A stretch of 64,000 bases of DNA from Camelus dromedarius (lineage: Eukaryota), in assembly GCF_036321535.1 (NCBI RefSeq), contig NC_087454.1, forward strand, positions 20,026,001 through 20,090,000, given 5' to 3'. Position numbers and translations under genes: made by a program. Within the stretch, counting starts at the first letter, position 1. Each line of letters opens with the position of its first letter. Shown piece by piece: positions 21,101 through 33,654 of the stretch. The notes under the pieces are model-generated. The model worked only from the letters and a program-made list of their open reading frames with translations. It was not told the origin of the DNA and searched no databases.

Positions 21101-23001
21101 CACCACAGAATAAAGATTTAAGGATTGCTGGCCCATTTCCTCCTGCCCTAGGGAGAGAAAGTAGGTTTACAGGAAGGGAGGGTGCCTCACTCCCCTTCCT
21201 CTGTCCTGGGAGTGAAGAGGCCGTGACGAGTGGGGCTGGCCAGGGGTAGGGTGCTGGGTTGGCAGTGAAGTGAGCAGCATGGTACTTGGCAGACACTAGA
21301 GGAGATGCATTGAGGTCAGGGCTCAGGAAGAAGGGAACTCAGAAATTTCAGTCCCTCTGCTGTTTTCCGCCAGCCTCCTGTCAGTCAGCCCCTGGGTGAA
21401 ACCCTCTGTCTCAGCCCCTTTCCCTTGCCTTAGGTTAGTGGTCATTTGGAAAGAGTCTGCTTTGTGCTGGGAACATTTCTGTGGCTCAAATTCCTTGCTG
21501 GTATGGACTCTCTACCTCTCCTCACCCCCCTCCCAGCATCCCCTGGGCAAGGCTGGCTGAGAGAAATTCCCCTGAAAATAATTATCTTACTCAGTTTATT
21601 GAAAAGTGATATAAAAAGGTAAATATTACATATTTTATATTTATAATGGTACAGGGTAGGGTGTTCAGGTATTTTATCAGTTTGAATAGTTTTGGCTGAG
21701 AAACACATTGAGAGGTATTCAAGCCCGAAATGGAATACATAGTCAGGAGTTCTTGACATCCCCTAGATGGCTAGAGGCAGGCCGGAAAATGTCATTTGAC
21801 ATAGTTGAGCTCCCAGGACACTAAATTGGTTTATGAAGACACAGGTCAGAATATTTTAAACTACCATGCTTATCAGGCATGTGGTAAGCTATCAGTAAAT
21901 ATTTTGTGAGTGACGGTGATTTCCTAATACCCAGGAGGCATCCACGTGGGCAGCCTTTTTGTTGCTCAGTGAGTGACCAGCAGGATTCAAGATGGCGGCC
22001 CTGCCAAGGAGTGGGAGTCCCAGCTAACTTCTGCTCAATGCTCTCACACCAACAGCCTACACGGATTTCTTCTTGCCACTGCTGAGTCGCTGTCCCTCTG
22101 CCATGGGAATAAAGAATAAGGATGGGGAGACCCCTGGGCAAATTCTGGGCTGGGGACCCCCCTGGGATTCTGCTGAAGAAGAGGAGGAAGATGAGGCTTC
22201 CAAGGAACGGGAGTGGAGACAGAAGCTACAGGGAGAGCTGGAGGATGAGTGGCAGGAGGTCATTGGAAGATTTGAAGGTAAGGAATCCATTTTCATCCAC
22301 AGCCTCCCTTCTTCCCCAGTGGCCGCTTTTCCTCCACTCGCTGCACGAATGCTCCCATGGCACCTTCTCACGGCCTCTCCCTGACCACCCCCATCCTGCC
22401 CTCCCAAACAGATGATGCTGCCCACGAGACCCAGGAACCTGAGTCCTTCTCAGCGTGGTCAGATCGCATGGCCCGGGAACATGCCCAGAAGCGCCAGCAG
22501 CAGCAGTGTGAGGCGGAGGGAGCCTGCCGACCCCCGCGGGCTGAGGGCTCCAGTCACAGCTGGCGGCAGCAGGAGGAGGAGCAGCGGCTCTTCCGAGAGC
22601 GAGCCCGGGCCAAGGAGGAAGAACTGCGTGAGAGCCAAGCCAGGAGGGCGCAGGAGGCTCCCGGGGACCGAGTGCAGGAGCCAGCCAGGGCAGGGCCCAG
22701 GGCAGAGCACCCCAGAGGAGCAGGGAGGGGCAGCCTCTGGCGCTTTGGCGATGTACCCTGGCCCTGCCCTGGGGGAGGGGACCCGGAGGCNNNNNNNNNN
22801 NNNNNNNNNNNNNNNNNNNNNNNNNNNNNNNNNNNNNNNNNNNNNNNNNNNNNNNNNNNNNNNNNNNNNNNNNNNNNNNNNNNNNNNNNNNNNNNNNNNN
22901 NNNNNNNNNNNNNNNNNNNNNNNNNNNNNNNNNNNNNNNNNNNNNNNNNNNNNNNNNNNNNNNNNNNNNNNNNNNNNNNNNNNNNNNNNNNNNNCAAGTG
23001 A
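15172..23001 (+). CDS. NFKBIL1: NF-kappa-B inhibitor-like protein 1 (IkBL), 381 aa
   Basis: Exons 15172-15228 (MSNPSPQVPEGEASTSVYR), 15624-15900 (PKSSMASTSRRQRRERRF… ankyrin repeats), 22056-22277 (AYTDFFLPLLSRC…) and 22412-23001 (partly N, ends K-TGA). Total 1146 nt; all visible junctions are GT-AG and in frame. Confidence 0.97.
16140..16500. mobile_element. Two MIR SINE fragments in opposite orientation
   Basis: + copy ~16140-16285 (cctgggttcaaatcccagctcc…ggcaagttact) and - copy ~16290-16500 (ccccatttctcagatg…aagtcacacagct). Confidence 0.7.
16916..17238 (+). mobile_element. MER2 (TcMar-Tigger) non-autonomous DNA transposon
   Basis: cagttgtcccttg…gattggttccaggaccc…gatgctcaagtcccttatataaaatg…ggagggccgact matches MER2; the ends are inverted repeats. 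Confidence 0.8.
19461..19595 (-). mobile_element. Young tRNA-derived SINE (camelid type)
   Basis: Poly-T followed by gggattgaaccc…ctctaccactgagctataccc, the reverse complement of the 6463 element; flanked by a tcagtttttt duplication. Confidence 0.9.
19620..20410 (+). mobile_element. Old L1 (L1M) fragment
   Basis: AT-rich, with L1 ORF2-end/3'UTR-like motifs (gaaagcagtttggcaa…aattccacttctgagaatctaccc). Confidence 0.6.
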
Positions 23002-24284
23002 CCCCAGGGAAAAAGCAAGAAACTGCAGGGAGTGCAGGGCAGTAGGAAGGGGATGACAAGGAGGAGGCCTGTGGTGCTGAACAGCAGAGGATATGGGGTG
23101 GGAGCAAAACTTGTAATGAGCGGGGGTGGGGGGATGTGGGCCACCACCACTGCTCCTTGACTCTGCCATTTCCTAATAAGACCTGGTTCCACATCTCACT
23201 CCTGGTGTCTCCTCTGCCTTTTTCCATTGCTGTGGTTTTCATCACCCATGACATCTCCTTTCCCGCTCCGCCTGCCAAACCCACAGCTCCTACACACCTG
23301 CACCATGCATGCACACACTAACTCGTGCCCTCAGCTGGAAACTAGAAGCTCCCTGTTTGCCCGCCTGCCTGCCTTCCCACAAGGGCAGCCCTAAGAAGGC
23401 CCAGTTTGCCCTCTGGTCTCTCCACTCCCTATGCTGGGCTCCTCTCCGCTCTTTAGTCAGTGGTTGGAGAAATAGATGTGAACGGAGGCAAAAAGGGGAA
23501 CAAAAGCAGTTTCCCTCCCCTCCTCAGCTCCCCAACCAGAACCACATCCTCCTCCCCACTTAACACCCCCGTCCCCCAACACAGGGCTTTCCCTTTGCTG
23601 AGTCACTGAATGATCTGAATTGGGGGCAGCTGGAGCTGGAGGACCATGAGGAGGCTATGGGAGGATGAGGGATAGAAGCAGGATGGATGGAGGAAGAGCC
23701 CTGTTGGGGAGTGGAATTTTGGTTGCTAAAGTTAGGAGCAGGGGAAGGAGGTGGAAAGAGCCAAATTATGTAACCTGGGTTGTCTGTTCTTGGGCAATCA
23801 GGGATCCACACCCGAGGCCATCTCTCCTCTCTGCCTTCTCAGTCCTGTGTCTCCTCCTCTAGAGCCCCATTCTCAGTTCCCTCCATCCAGCTTCTGCCCC
23901 ATCCTGGGGCAGAAACAAACCTGGGCTTGTCTCTGGGCAGCCCAATCTTGGCCTTCCAGATAAACATCTCCTTCTGAGGTTGAGGAAGAGATCCTGGAGG
24001 GTGGAGAGAGAGGGTTTAGGATTCCCAAGGTGGAAGGAGCGGGGCACCATCCCTTCCACTATTCATACCCAGTTCTCACTCCAGCTCCCCGGAACTGGGA
24101 TAGGAAGTTGTAGACAGGACCAAACCCACTGCCCTCCACCAGGACACTACAGGAAGCTCGGCAAAAAGAAAGGGCAGGACTGAGAGGAGAGCACAGATGT
24201 GTGCTGGCATGTGTGCAGTCTGCACGTGTCTGCAGCAGAGAATCTTATGAATCAGAAACGTATTTTTCAGGTTTGGTCTACACA

Positions 24285-24294
24285 GGAAAGTCCC
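24285..24294 (-). promoter_or_regulatory. Perfect consensus NF-kB site
   Basis: GGAAAGTCCC is the reverse complement of GGGACTTTCC. Confidence 0.6.
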
Positions 24295-25359
24295 AGGAGT
24301 GGAAGTGGAGGGCGATAGGGGACAGGGAGGGGACGCCTCTGGAAGCATGGGAATATGGGTTGGGAGTGAGACCTTTGGAGAAGGCAGAGCCAAGAGGCAC
24401 CAGGTCTCCGAGCGACCAGGCAGATGTTCATGGGGCAGGAGAGGAAGGGCTGGTGAGAAAGATCCTGTGAGAGGAAGCTGCTGTGATTCAGAGAAGAGAC
24501 TTCGAGCTGTGAGCAACCCAGGCGTCCGGTTCCTCTCACAGGCCGGAGCTTTCGGAAGTGGCATGCAAAGAGCTCAGGTTCAGAGTGGGGGGTGGAGTTG
24601 GGGTTAGGATCCCTAAGCTGGGGGTTGAGAGGTAAGCAACAGAAAACTTGGGTGTCTAAATGTGTTCCTTTACCCAGAAGGTTTTTCTCTGGTTTTTAAG
24701 CACATTATTTCTCTCTCTGCAAGAGTCACATAAAACTAAAGCAAAATAAGTCCTGTTAGTTGGCTCCCCAGACCTCCCTCTTTCCAACGTCTCTACCTGG
24801 TGTCTGGCCCCCAGCCCTGTTGGGGGTTCCCCTGAGATGAGGGCTGTTCACTTTCTCTGACCACATGGTTTCCGCTTCTGTGTCTCTTATTTCCTAGGCT
24901 GATAAAAATACTGAGCCCCAGAGGCCCTGGCTTCCTCTGACCCCCTGGGGCCAGGCAGCAGGCATCCTGTCCACCACGGAGTGGGTGGGGAGGGGGGACC
25001 AGGGATCCCCAAGGGGTGACTCAGTGCCTACAATGAAACACTGGGGTAGGTGGATGTGTATACATCTGTCTGCTCTCTAGAGCTGGAATGAGGAATCACT
25101 TCTCAGTGGAGAATGCATTGGGGTTCAGTTAGAGAAACAGGGTTGGGAATGAGACTGGTGAGATTGAAGAGGATAATCTGGGGGACTGAAATTGTGGTAG
25201 GTTTGGGTTAAGAAAAGGGTCTGGGAGGGACTCTATTCAGTGCAGTTCAGCAGAGCATCAAGTAGCCCAAAGATAAATTCAAACTCTGCTTCAAGCTTAC
25301 ATCCAACAGGAGAGGCAGGCCCCATACCTAGTTAACTGATTCAAGGCATGCTGAGAAAT

Positions 25360-26150
25360 GTTAAGAGTAAGGTACGGTGGATATCGAGAAAGGGGAGGTG
25401 AATTCTAACTGAAGGCACCCTGGGGTCTCTGAAGAGGGACAGGGCATTTGAGCTGGTGCTGATGAACAGGTGGGATTTCTGCGGGCAGGGGTGATAGAAG
25501 GAAGGGCTCTGGCGATGAGTGAAACGGCTTGAACAGAGGCTGGGCATCAGAAAATAGAGTGTGTACGTTCGGGAAAGATGAGTGTCCCGAGGTAGATGAA
25601 GTGCAGGTGTGAGGGAGCACATGTTGAAGAAAGGACACAGAATGTCAACATAAGGGATTTGGACTTTATCCTGTGAGCAGTGGCGCTGTGACAACCATGA
25701 AGAAGAGGGAGAACTGGGGAGCGCTGCAGGCGTACAGGCAAGGGATAAAGAAAACAGCTGACATTCTTTGAACACATACTATATGTTAACCACGTCAAGC
25801 CCTTTTCAAAACTAACGTCAGAATCCTGCCAGCAGCTGTCAAAAGGTAGGTGGTGGCTCTCCAATACACAGGAACTGAGGAACTGAGGCTCATCCACACA
25901 CTATAACTTGCTTAAGGTCACAGCTAAAAAGTAGTGGAATTAGCATTAAAATTATCTTACTCCAAAACTTGTGTCCTGTCTACTTAGGTCCCAGTCATTC
26001 CAAGTGGCATTAAAGGGAAGGAACAGATTTTACAAACTTTTGAGAGAGAAGTCATTAGGACACACCAACCACCTGGATGGTGGGAGTGAGGGAAGAGGGG
26101 TCTTAGATGACTCCAAGTTTTGAGCTGAGGGGATTGGAAAGATGATGCCG
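25360..26150 (-). mobile_element. L2 LINE fragment(s)
   Basis: …ggactttatcctgtgagcagtgg…, …gatgactccaagtttt…gagttaatttcagacat are typical antisense L2 motifs; boundaries are approximate. Confidence 0.55.
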
Positions 26151-28260
26151 GAAGCCCTAAACCAAGAAGATGTGTGGCTGAGGGGAAAGATGAGTTAATT
26201 TCAGACATACAATCAATAAATTTTTATTAAGGACCTGATAGGAGCAGGATGCTCTGCTAGACAATGGGTATAAATGAAATAGTCACTGCCCTCACAGGAC
26301 TTGCAGTCTAAAACAAACAATATACAAGTACCAACTACAGGTAATGATGGGAGGTGCACCTGCTTAGAGTAGTAAAGTGCTCAAAGAAGGTCTGCTGAGT
26401 TTAAGGTGTTAGCATAATACTCAGGTGGAGAGTTTCAGCAAGCAGGTTTGGAGCTCAAGAGAAAAGTTGGGGCTGCTGAAGGGACAGATTTGGGCATCGT
26501 TCCTTTTCCAGTGGAGGTTGAACCTCTAATTGAACAGGATCCCCCCACCCCCCGCCAAAAGAGAATGGCCAGAGGAGCCTTGAGGATGATCAAAGAAAGA
26601 GGAACCAATAAAAGAGAGAGGTTGGGGGAGCAGTCAGAGAAGTAGGGCAAAGGAGGGGTGTGCCAAGCAGAGACTGGGCAGCCACATCTGATGCTTCAAA
26701 GAAGCCTAGTAGGTGAGAGTTCAAAGGATCCTTTGGGTTCAGGAACTAGACGATTACAAATTTTGAGAAAACAGTTTCCACTTACCAGAGGGGCAGAAAT
26801 TGCTTTACCTAGGTTGAGGAATGAGTGGGAGGTGAAGAAAGGGAGGTGGTGAAGACAAAGTCATAGAATGGTGACTACAAAAGATAACTGAGAATTAACT
26901 CTAGTTCAACCCACGAATTCTACAGATGAGGAAAATTTACCAGTTCCCAAAAAAGTGGTTAGTTAGGGGGCTAGTCTCTTGAGACATCATGCAGAAAAGG
27001 AAGGTGAGAGATGAAATGGATATTTGAGGGAAAAAATGGAGTCCAGGGGAGTCTTTTTTTATTTTCAAGAAGTAAAGATGAGTATGTAAAATGAAGGCAC
27101 ATGAAAAGAGAAAGATACTGAAAACATAACAAAGGTGGGAAAGAGTATAGTAAGGACAGAGAAGGGGGATACAGAGTACAAAGCATCAGCCTTGGACCGG
27201 AGGAAGAGTCTCTGAGTCAAGACGAAAGGAAAAATGAAATATTAACTAAAGGGAAAAGAAGGAGGTAAAGAGATCCACCTTGAATGGTCTTAAGCTCAAT
27301 AAAAAGATGACAGCATCACCAACTGAGAGTGAAAAAGTAGGGAGGCATGGAGATTTAGAACATCACCTGCAGGAGTAGAACAAGGGAATCAACAAAGTTT
27401 AGGGAACACTGAGGGTTGTCTGAGGTTAGATGGCCAGGCTCAGTAGAAGGCAGGCCTCTTATGGTGACATCACTCTCTCCTGCAGTCCTTGGTAGCCTAG
27501 GAGAAAGACCCAACCATGAGACCATCGAGTTCACCAAAATCAAGTTTTTCAAGATCTTCTTGGTAGCCTATATCAGACAGTGATCCTAAAGTGCTAGTGA
27601 AGGTAGTTGAATTTTTGACTATACAGTACAGGTTAAACCAAATAAGCAAGGAAAACAAGGAAAGAAGAAGATGGAGGTCTTGGCAAGAATGAACTGATTC
27701 AATGGGAGGGAGAGAGTGGAAGGTGTGAAAAGTGGGTGGTTGTGATGAGAGGGAAAATTTAGAGTTCAAGAACTTGAAGGTGTAGCCTTTCCAAGTGATG
27801 CTGAGGTGTGAGGTACCACCTTCTGGGTGGTATGCTTACGGGTGGCTAAAGTGGAGCAGGGAAAGAGGCTATAATGCTGTTGAGAAAGTTGAAAAATTTG
27901 AAGCACTGAGAGGCCAGATTGTAAGATTCATCATGTCTGTGTGGTTTTGAAGTCACTAAAGCTAGTAGAAGGGGATGAGATGTGGAGAAAAACTGCTAGG
28001 TATACAAATTAAGAGCCTGGTAGAGATTTTGGTGAAGATTGTGCTGTGAAGACCAGAAGAACATGGAAAATGCAAAAGGCATGGGCTTCAAGAAGAGGAG
28101 GAGGTTATCAATGGTTCAGAGGGGAGAGAAGAGAAGAGTGGCCTCTCCTCTGACTCCTCCTGTCCCTAGTGATGGACATGAAAGAAAGAGCAGCCTCTCC
28201 CCCCCAAGACAGAAGGAGCATCATTAGGGGAAAGCCAGGTTTCAAAGTGCCAGAGGAGGA

Positions 28261-28410
28261 GGGGAGGGTATAGCTCAAGTGGTAGAGTGCATGCTTAGCA
28301 TGCACTAGGTCCTAGGTTCAATCCCCAGTACCTTCTCTAAAAATAAATAAATAAACCTAATTATCTCCCTCCCCACCTAAAAATAAATAAATAAATAAAA
28401 TTTTAAAAAT
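28261..28410 (+). mobile_element. Young tRNA-derived SINE (camelid type) with TSD
   Basis: ggggagggtatagctcaagtggtagag…ggttcaatcccc…(aaat)n tail; gtgccagagga at 28247-28257 and 28420-28430. Confidence 0.9.
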
Positions 28411-28799
28411 TGTGACAATGTGCCAGAGGAAGATGCTTTCAAAAGTGAAACAGAGAATTTGAACACATAAGGAGTTCCATAAAATATTGTGAAATGGATT
28501 GGTAGAAGCAGTCTTCATTGGATAGGGAATTGAATCCAGGGAGGATTTCCAGTGAGAGTTCAGAAGAAGACAAAGCCTGGAGAGATTTGCTTCTGGACAC
28601 AAGAGGCTATTGCTTCTGGAGTTTAGAATGGAAGATACATTGCATTTATTGTGAGGGAAAACATAAAATACCTTGAAGGGGTCTTAGGGAGATGGGCAAG
28701 ATAAAGTATCTCTTCCAATTCCATGGCTTTCTTCATGTTGACAGTTCCCAGTGTTGACACCCTAGTTCTGATATTGCCTCTGAAATCTACTCATATATA

Positions 28800-29780
28800 C
28801 AACTACCAAGTGACATCTCTTGGCAAGATTTGAATGTCATCCAAGACAGGAATGTCTGTCTGATAGATTTAAACTGAAATCCAAAATTGAACTTCTAGTT
28901 CTCCCATCCCATCAGAATCCTGCTTCTCTCCCAGTCTCCCCACCTCACCTCCATCACCATTCATCCAGTCAATCTTCTGATCTTATCAATTCTGCCCCTG
29001 AAATATATCCCAATATATCCCAAATTTGTCTACTTCTCTCCATCTTCATGGCTACCACCATCTTCTCTCCAGGATGACTGCATTGCCTCCTAACTGGTGT
29101 CCCTGCTTGCAATCTTCCCCACTACAGTCCAGTCTAAACACAGCAGCCATGATGATCTTTTAAAAACATAAATCCAATCACCTGTACCTCATACCTACAC
29201 CTCTCTCTGTCTCATATGCACACATTCATACATTTACACATACATAGACACCCTCCAAAGTTTCTCATGGTTGAGTAAAATCCAGATGCTTTACCCATCC
29301 TTACATGGCCCTGTGTGATCTGGCCCTTGCCCCTCCTCTATGACCTCATTCCCCACCCGTCTCCCACTCTCTCTGTTCCAGCCACACTGGCCTCCTCTCT
29401 GTTCCTCAACAGCCCCAGTTCATTTCCACCTTCCGGCCCTTGCAATAGCTATTCCCTTTCCTGGAAAGCTCCTTCCACAAACCTTCACTCAGCCACTCCT
29501 ATCATTTGGGTCTTAGCTTAAAATGCCACTTACTCAAGAAGGACTTTCCTGACCTTTCCTGTGTCTAAAATAGTTCCCTGCCATTCGTATCATATGACCC
29601 TGTCTTATTTCCTCATAGCACTGCTTACTGATTTCATCTTCAGTGTATTTCTTTTCTGCCTTGCCTCACTAGAATGTCAGCTCCATGAGTGCAGGTTCCT
29701 TGTCTGACTTGTTAGCCACTATGTCCCTACTGCCTAGAACAGTGCTCAGCACATAGTAAGCACTCAAGTAAGACTCAATT
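28800..29780 (+). mobile_element. L2 LINE 3' region
   Basis: cctcctaactggtgtccctgc… through ctagaatgtcagctccatgagtgcagg…gcacatagtaagcactcaa (L2 3' terminus). Confidence 0.7.
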
Positions 29781-31869
29781 ATTAAATGGAGGCTTGGGTG
29801 AATAATGGAGTAAAAGCAGAATAAAGCTCAACTTTGGGTTTGTGGCTCAGACTGAACTTACATTTAGAGTCAGGTTTAACTATAGGGTTAAGCATGGAGA
29901 TGAGTTGATTTCCAGACTAGCTCTAGAAACAGGGTTGGGTTTGTTCAGAGGGTAAGTTTATTTGGGGCTTCATCTATTGAGCTGTGTTTATATTTGAGGT
30001 TAGGGTTGAGTTTGAGTTGTGATTTGAGTTGAGGTTAAAGATGGGTTAGGATCAAAGTTGGCATTAAATCCCAGTTTAGCTTTTGAGGCGAAGTTCAACT
30101 TTGAGTCTAATGTCAGTTCAACCTCATTTGGAGGGCTCAGAGATTTCACTAGTTCCTCCTCAGAGACCACTGTAGAAACTGTATTTCCCTAAGTTTGGGG
30201 CACAAGACTCCAGTCATCACCCCTCCCACCCAGGGAAAGCCCCAAACCAACTGCTGGCCTCCTCAAGAAAGAAACCAAATTTCACACAACCTCCGAAACT
30301 GAGATTGAAACCAAGATTGGCCCATCTCAGGGAGCGTCCTTCAGCACATCGCAAACACCCATGACACGGAGCCTCGGCCCAGTTCTTGTCCTTCCTTCTT
30401 TTTTCCTCCTCGCCTTCCCTTTTTTGTCCCTCAATGCCCCAGTCTTCCTCTCTGATTGAAGTTTCTCCCTTTCTCTCTATTTCTTACCATTAACGGCAAC
30501 ACCATTTTATATTTTAATACAGCTCAGGTCTCTCAGTCCATCAGCTCCCACCACTGGAGAGGCAGAAAGAGACTGATGGAAGAAAAAGGGACTCCAGAGG
30601 AAGGGACACAGGAAAGGAAAGGAGCAGGGACCAAGAGGGAGGCCAACAGTGACAAAAGACACAATGAGGTTAAGAGAAATAAAATGAAACCAAGATACAG
30701 ATCAAGATATTTAAAAGAGGGATCTGTGGCTATGCGTCTTCCTCTGTCACATTTGGTCAGCCACCAAGACCTGGAGATTTTGCCTAGAAACTCTCCTTTC
30801 CACTCTCCTGCTGCTGCCTTGACATAAAGGTAGGCTCCTGTCACTTCCTTGCTGGGTTGTTGCAAAACCCTCCGCACTTCTGGTTTCCCCTCCAGCCCCT
30901 CAACTCCCATACCTCAATTTCAGATGTTTTACCCATCCTTACTTTCTCAATTCCTTCTTCGTGTAGCTTCCAGGCTGATTTTTAAAAAATATGCCAATCT
31001 GGGTGGGTCCCTCTCTCACTTAAAATTTGTGGTGGCTCCCCATCCTATTTAGAAGGAAATCCAAACCTTCTTTCTTGGTTTTAAACCCCCCAGGATGTGT
31101 TCTCAGCTTACCTCCCAAGCCTCATCTCTTCTCCTTCTGTTTGTACCCACTTGCACATGTTAGCACACTTCATACTCTTTTACATCCAGTCTTTGCACCT
31201 TCTCTTCCCTCTATCTCGAATGCGTTTCACCGTCTTCTTTCCCTTCATAAGATGCCTGAATCATCTCTCCCCCAGGCCAAGTTCGATGGCTTTTCTATGG
31301 GCTGCCGTAAGCCCTCTGTCACAGAATGTATCACACTTTATTGTAATTATCTGATAATTGTGTCTCCTACACTGGTCTTTGGGCTCCCAGAGATCAAGGG
31401 ACTGTCCTTCATGTTCGTCTCCTCAATGCCTTGTGCAGGTGCTCAATAAATGTTTGTGAAATAGAGAGAAAACCAAAGAGATGGAATGAGAACGAAAAGA
31501 ACTAATAGGTTAGACTAGTAAGGCATGAAAGACAAAGTTTCAGGGCCTCAAGGAGGGGAAGGAAAATGGAAAAATAACTCATGCACACCCTGAATATCCT
31601 GTATGTGCCACCAGACACCAGGACCCTTCAGGAACTTTCTGCCCAGTGTAACAGAGGGAGAGGTTTAGCCTCCATCACCACCATCCTCAGCCCCAGCCCC
31701 TCCAAAACCTTCCAAATGAAAGCATAACAAGTAAGAACAATAATAATAATAATTGAGGCAGCCAATTGTTATTTTCTCAGTCTTACAAAACGTGACAAAA
31801 ATCATCTTTAGAAACCTTCCTTTTTTTTAAACCTGCAACCTACAAGCTAAGCAAAAACTGGCTCATGTT

Positions 31870-32335
31870 CGAGAATGTTCTTATCAACGTTTTTCATACT
31901 AGCTAAAAACTAGAGACCAACGGAATGCCCATCAACAGAAGAATAGATAAGTAAGTTAGAGTATATTCTCATAATAGAATATTGCATCAGAGTGAAATAA
32001 AAATTACTACTGCTGCATACAACCATATAGACTAGTCTCACAAATGTAATTTTGAGTGAAAGAAGCCAAACACAGATGAGTACAGTCTACAGGATTTCAT
32101 TTATATGAAGTTCAAAAGCAGGAAGAACTAGTCTATAGTGACAGAGGTCAGAAAGTGGTTGGTTATCTTTGAAAGATATGAACTGGGAGAGGGTCCGAGA
32201 GAAAGTTCTGGGGACCTAAAAATATGTTGCACTGGATGGTGGCTACATGGCTATAAACAGATGAAAAAATTCATCAGGCTATCCACTTAGGAGAAGTGCA
32301 CCTCACTGTACCTAAGGTCTACATCAATAAAAGGT
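31870..32335 (+). mobile_element. Old L1M 3' end
   Basis: atgcccatcaacagaagaatagataag…ttgagtgaaagaagccaaacac…atttatatgaagttcaaaagcagg…aataaaa. Confidence 0.7.
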
Positions 32336-33150
32336 GGAAATCCTTGATGATTTTACAACAGTGCATTCATTGACATTACATTGATAAGTCCCTTCACTGC
32401 CTGCCTCCCCAGCCCAGGTCACCCACCCTTAAGCTCTATCTGTGTGGGATTCTGAAGCCTCCCCTATAGAGAACTTTAGAAGTTGCCACATTCCTTGATC
32501 CTGGAGTGTATTTGTGTGGAAGGGACAGGTTATAAGTCTGATCTGTGGGGCCCACCTAAGGGTGGGATGAGGTGGAGGACATCCTTCAGCAGTTAAGACG
32601 AAATCTCATCATATGTGAGTTCCTTGCCTCATCCTTGAATAGGATTTTCCAAACCAGGATACTTTTGAGCTCAAAAGGGGGCTCCATGAATATTTCTACC
32701 AAGACAACAGGCATAAACCAGGATGTCCCAGGCAGGAGGGTATCTAGTGGAACTTCTTGATGTGAAATCTGCCAGATGAGCTGGAAAATACACATATTGG
32801 GACAAGTGTGACTTGAGCCTTTTGGGACAAGGACAGGGGTACCAGAGGAGGAAATGTGCACAGAGAGAAGCCTGTAATCAGCCAAGGGTGCAAAGGTGTT
32901 ATACATAATCGCTCTTCAGGGAACCAGGCGACCAGCCCACGCCCCAGCTGCTCCCCTTCTCCTCTGAATTTACTGTCCCTTCTCTGGAACTCCTAAGCCT
33001 GACCCCACTCCCTGGCCCTCCCAGCCCACGGTTCCCCTGACCCCGACTCCCTTTCCCAGAACTCAGTCGTCTGAGCCCCCAGCCTGCGGTTCTCTCCTAG
33101 GCCTCAGCCTTTCCTGCCTTCGACTGAAACAGCAGCATCTTCTAAGCCCT

Positions 33151-33268
33151 GGGGGCTTCCCCGGGCCCCATCCCCGGCCTAGAACCCGCCCGCCGCCTGC
33201 CACGCTGCCACTGCCGCTTCCTCTATAAAGGGACCCAGGCGTCCGGGCCAAGAGGCCCCACACAGCAG
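33151..33268 (+). promoter_or_regulatory. LTA promoter and non-coding exon 1
   Basis: kB site GGGGGCTTCCCC at 33151-33162, TATAAA at 33224-33229 and donor CAG|GTGAGA at 33268. Confidence 0.85.
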
Positions 33269-33654
33269 GTGAGACTCTCCCACCCCATCTCCCTGGGCTG
33301 CCCGGGCGGGTGGACTCCTTCCCCCGTGGGTTCGGTCCCTCCCCCGTGCCCTGACCCCTCCTGCACCTCCCCGCTGGGCCTTGGTGGGTTTGGTTTTGGT
33401 TTGTTCCCTCTCTCTGACTCTATGTGCCAGCCTCTGGCACACGCTGTGTGTTCCTGCCCCATCCCTCTCTCTTCCCTCCCTGCCTGTTTCTCTCTGTCTC
33501 CCCCTGCTCACCTCGGGGTTTCCCTGACTGCATCTCGTCCCCTTCTCTGTCTGCCACCCTGTCTCTCAGGGTGGCGGTCTCTGCAGGCAGGAGGCCCGTC
33601 TTCCGCATCGTGCCCCGCCCCGCTCACTGTCTCTTTCCCCCGCAGGTTCTCCCC

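Noticed and set aside
23175-23180. AATAAG as a non-canonical NFKBIL1 polyA signal
   Set aside because: The position is plausible, but the cleavage site cannot be established without 3'-end data.
22226-23314. 362-aa and other long antisense or alternate-frame ORFs over NFKBIL1 exon 4
   Set aside because: Shadow ORFs of a GC-rich exon, inflated by the 204-nt N-run. The same applies to all X-containing ORFs in the track.
25489-25498. GGGTGATAGA, complementary to the SNORD84/117 guide
   Set aside because: A 10-nt match is expected about 0.1 times by chance in 128 kb of both strands, and it lies in an intergenic L2 relic.
29860-30070. GGGTTA/TTGAG-rich stretch resembling an interstitial telomeric repeat
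   Set aside because: Only scattered hexamers with no tandem TTAGGG array; treated as low-complexity sequence.
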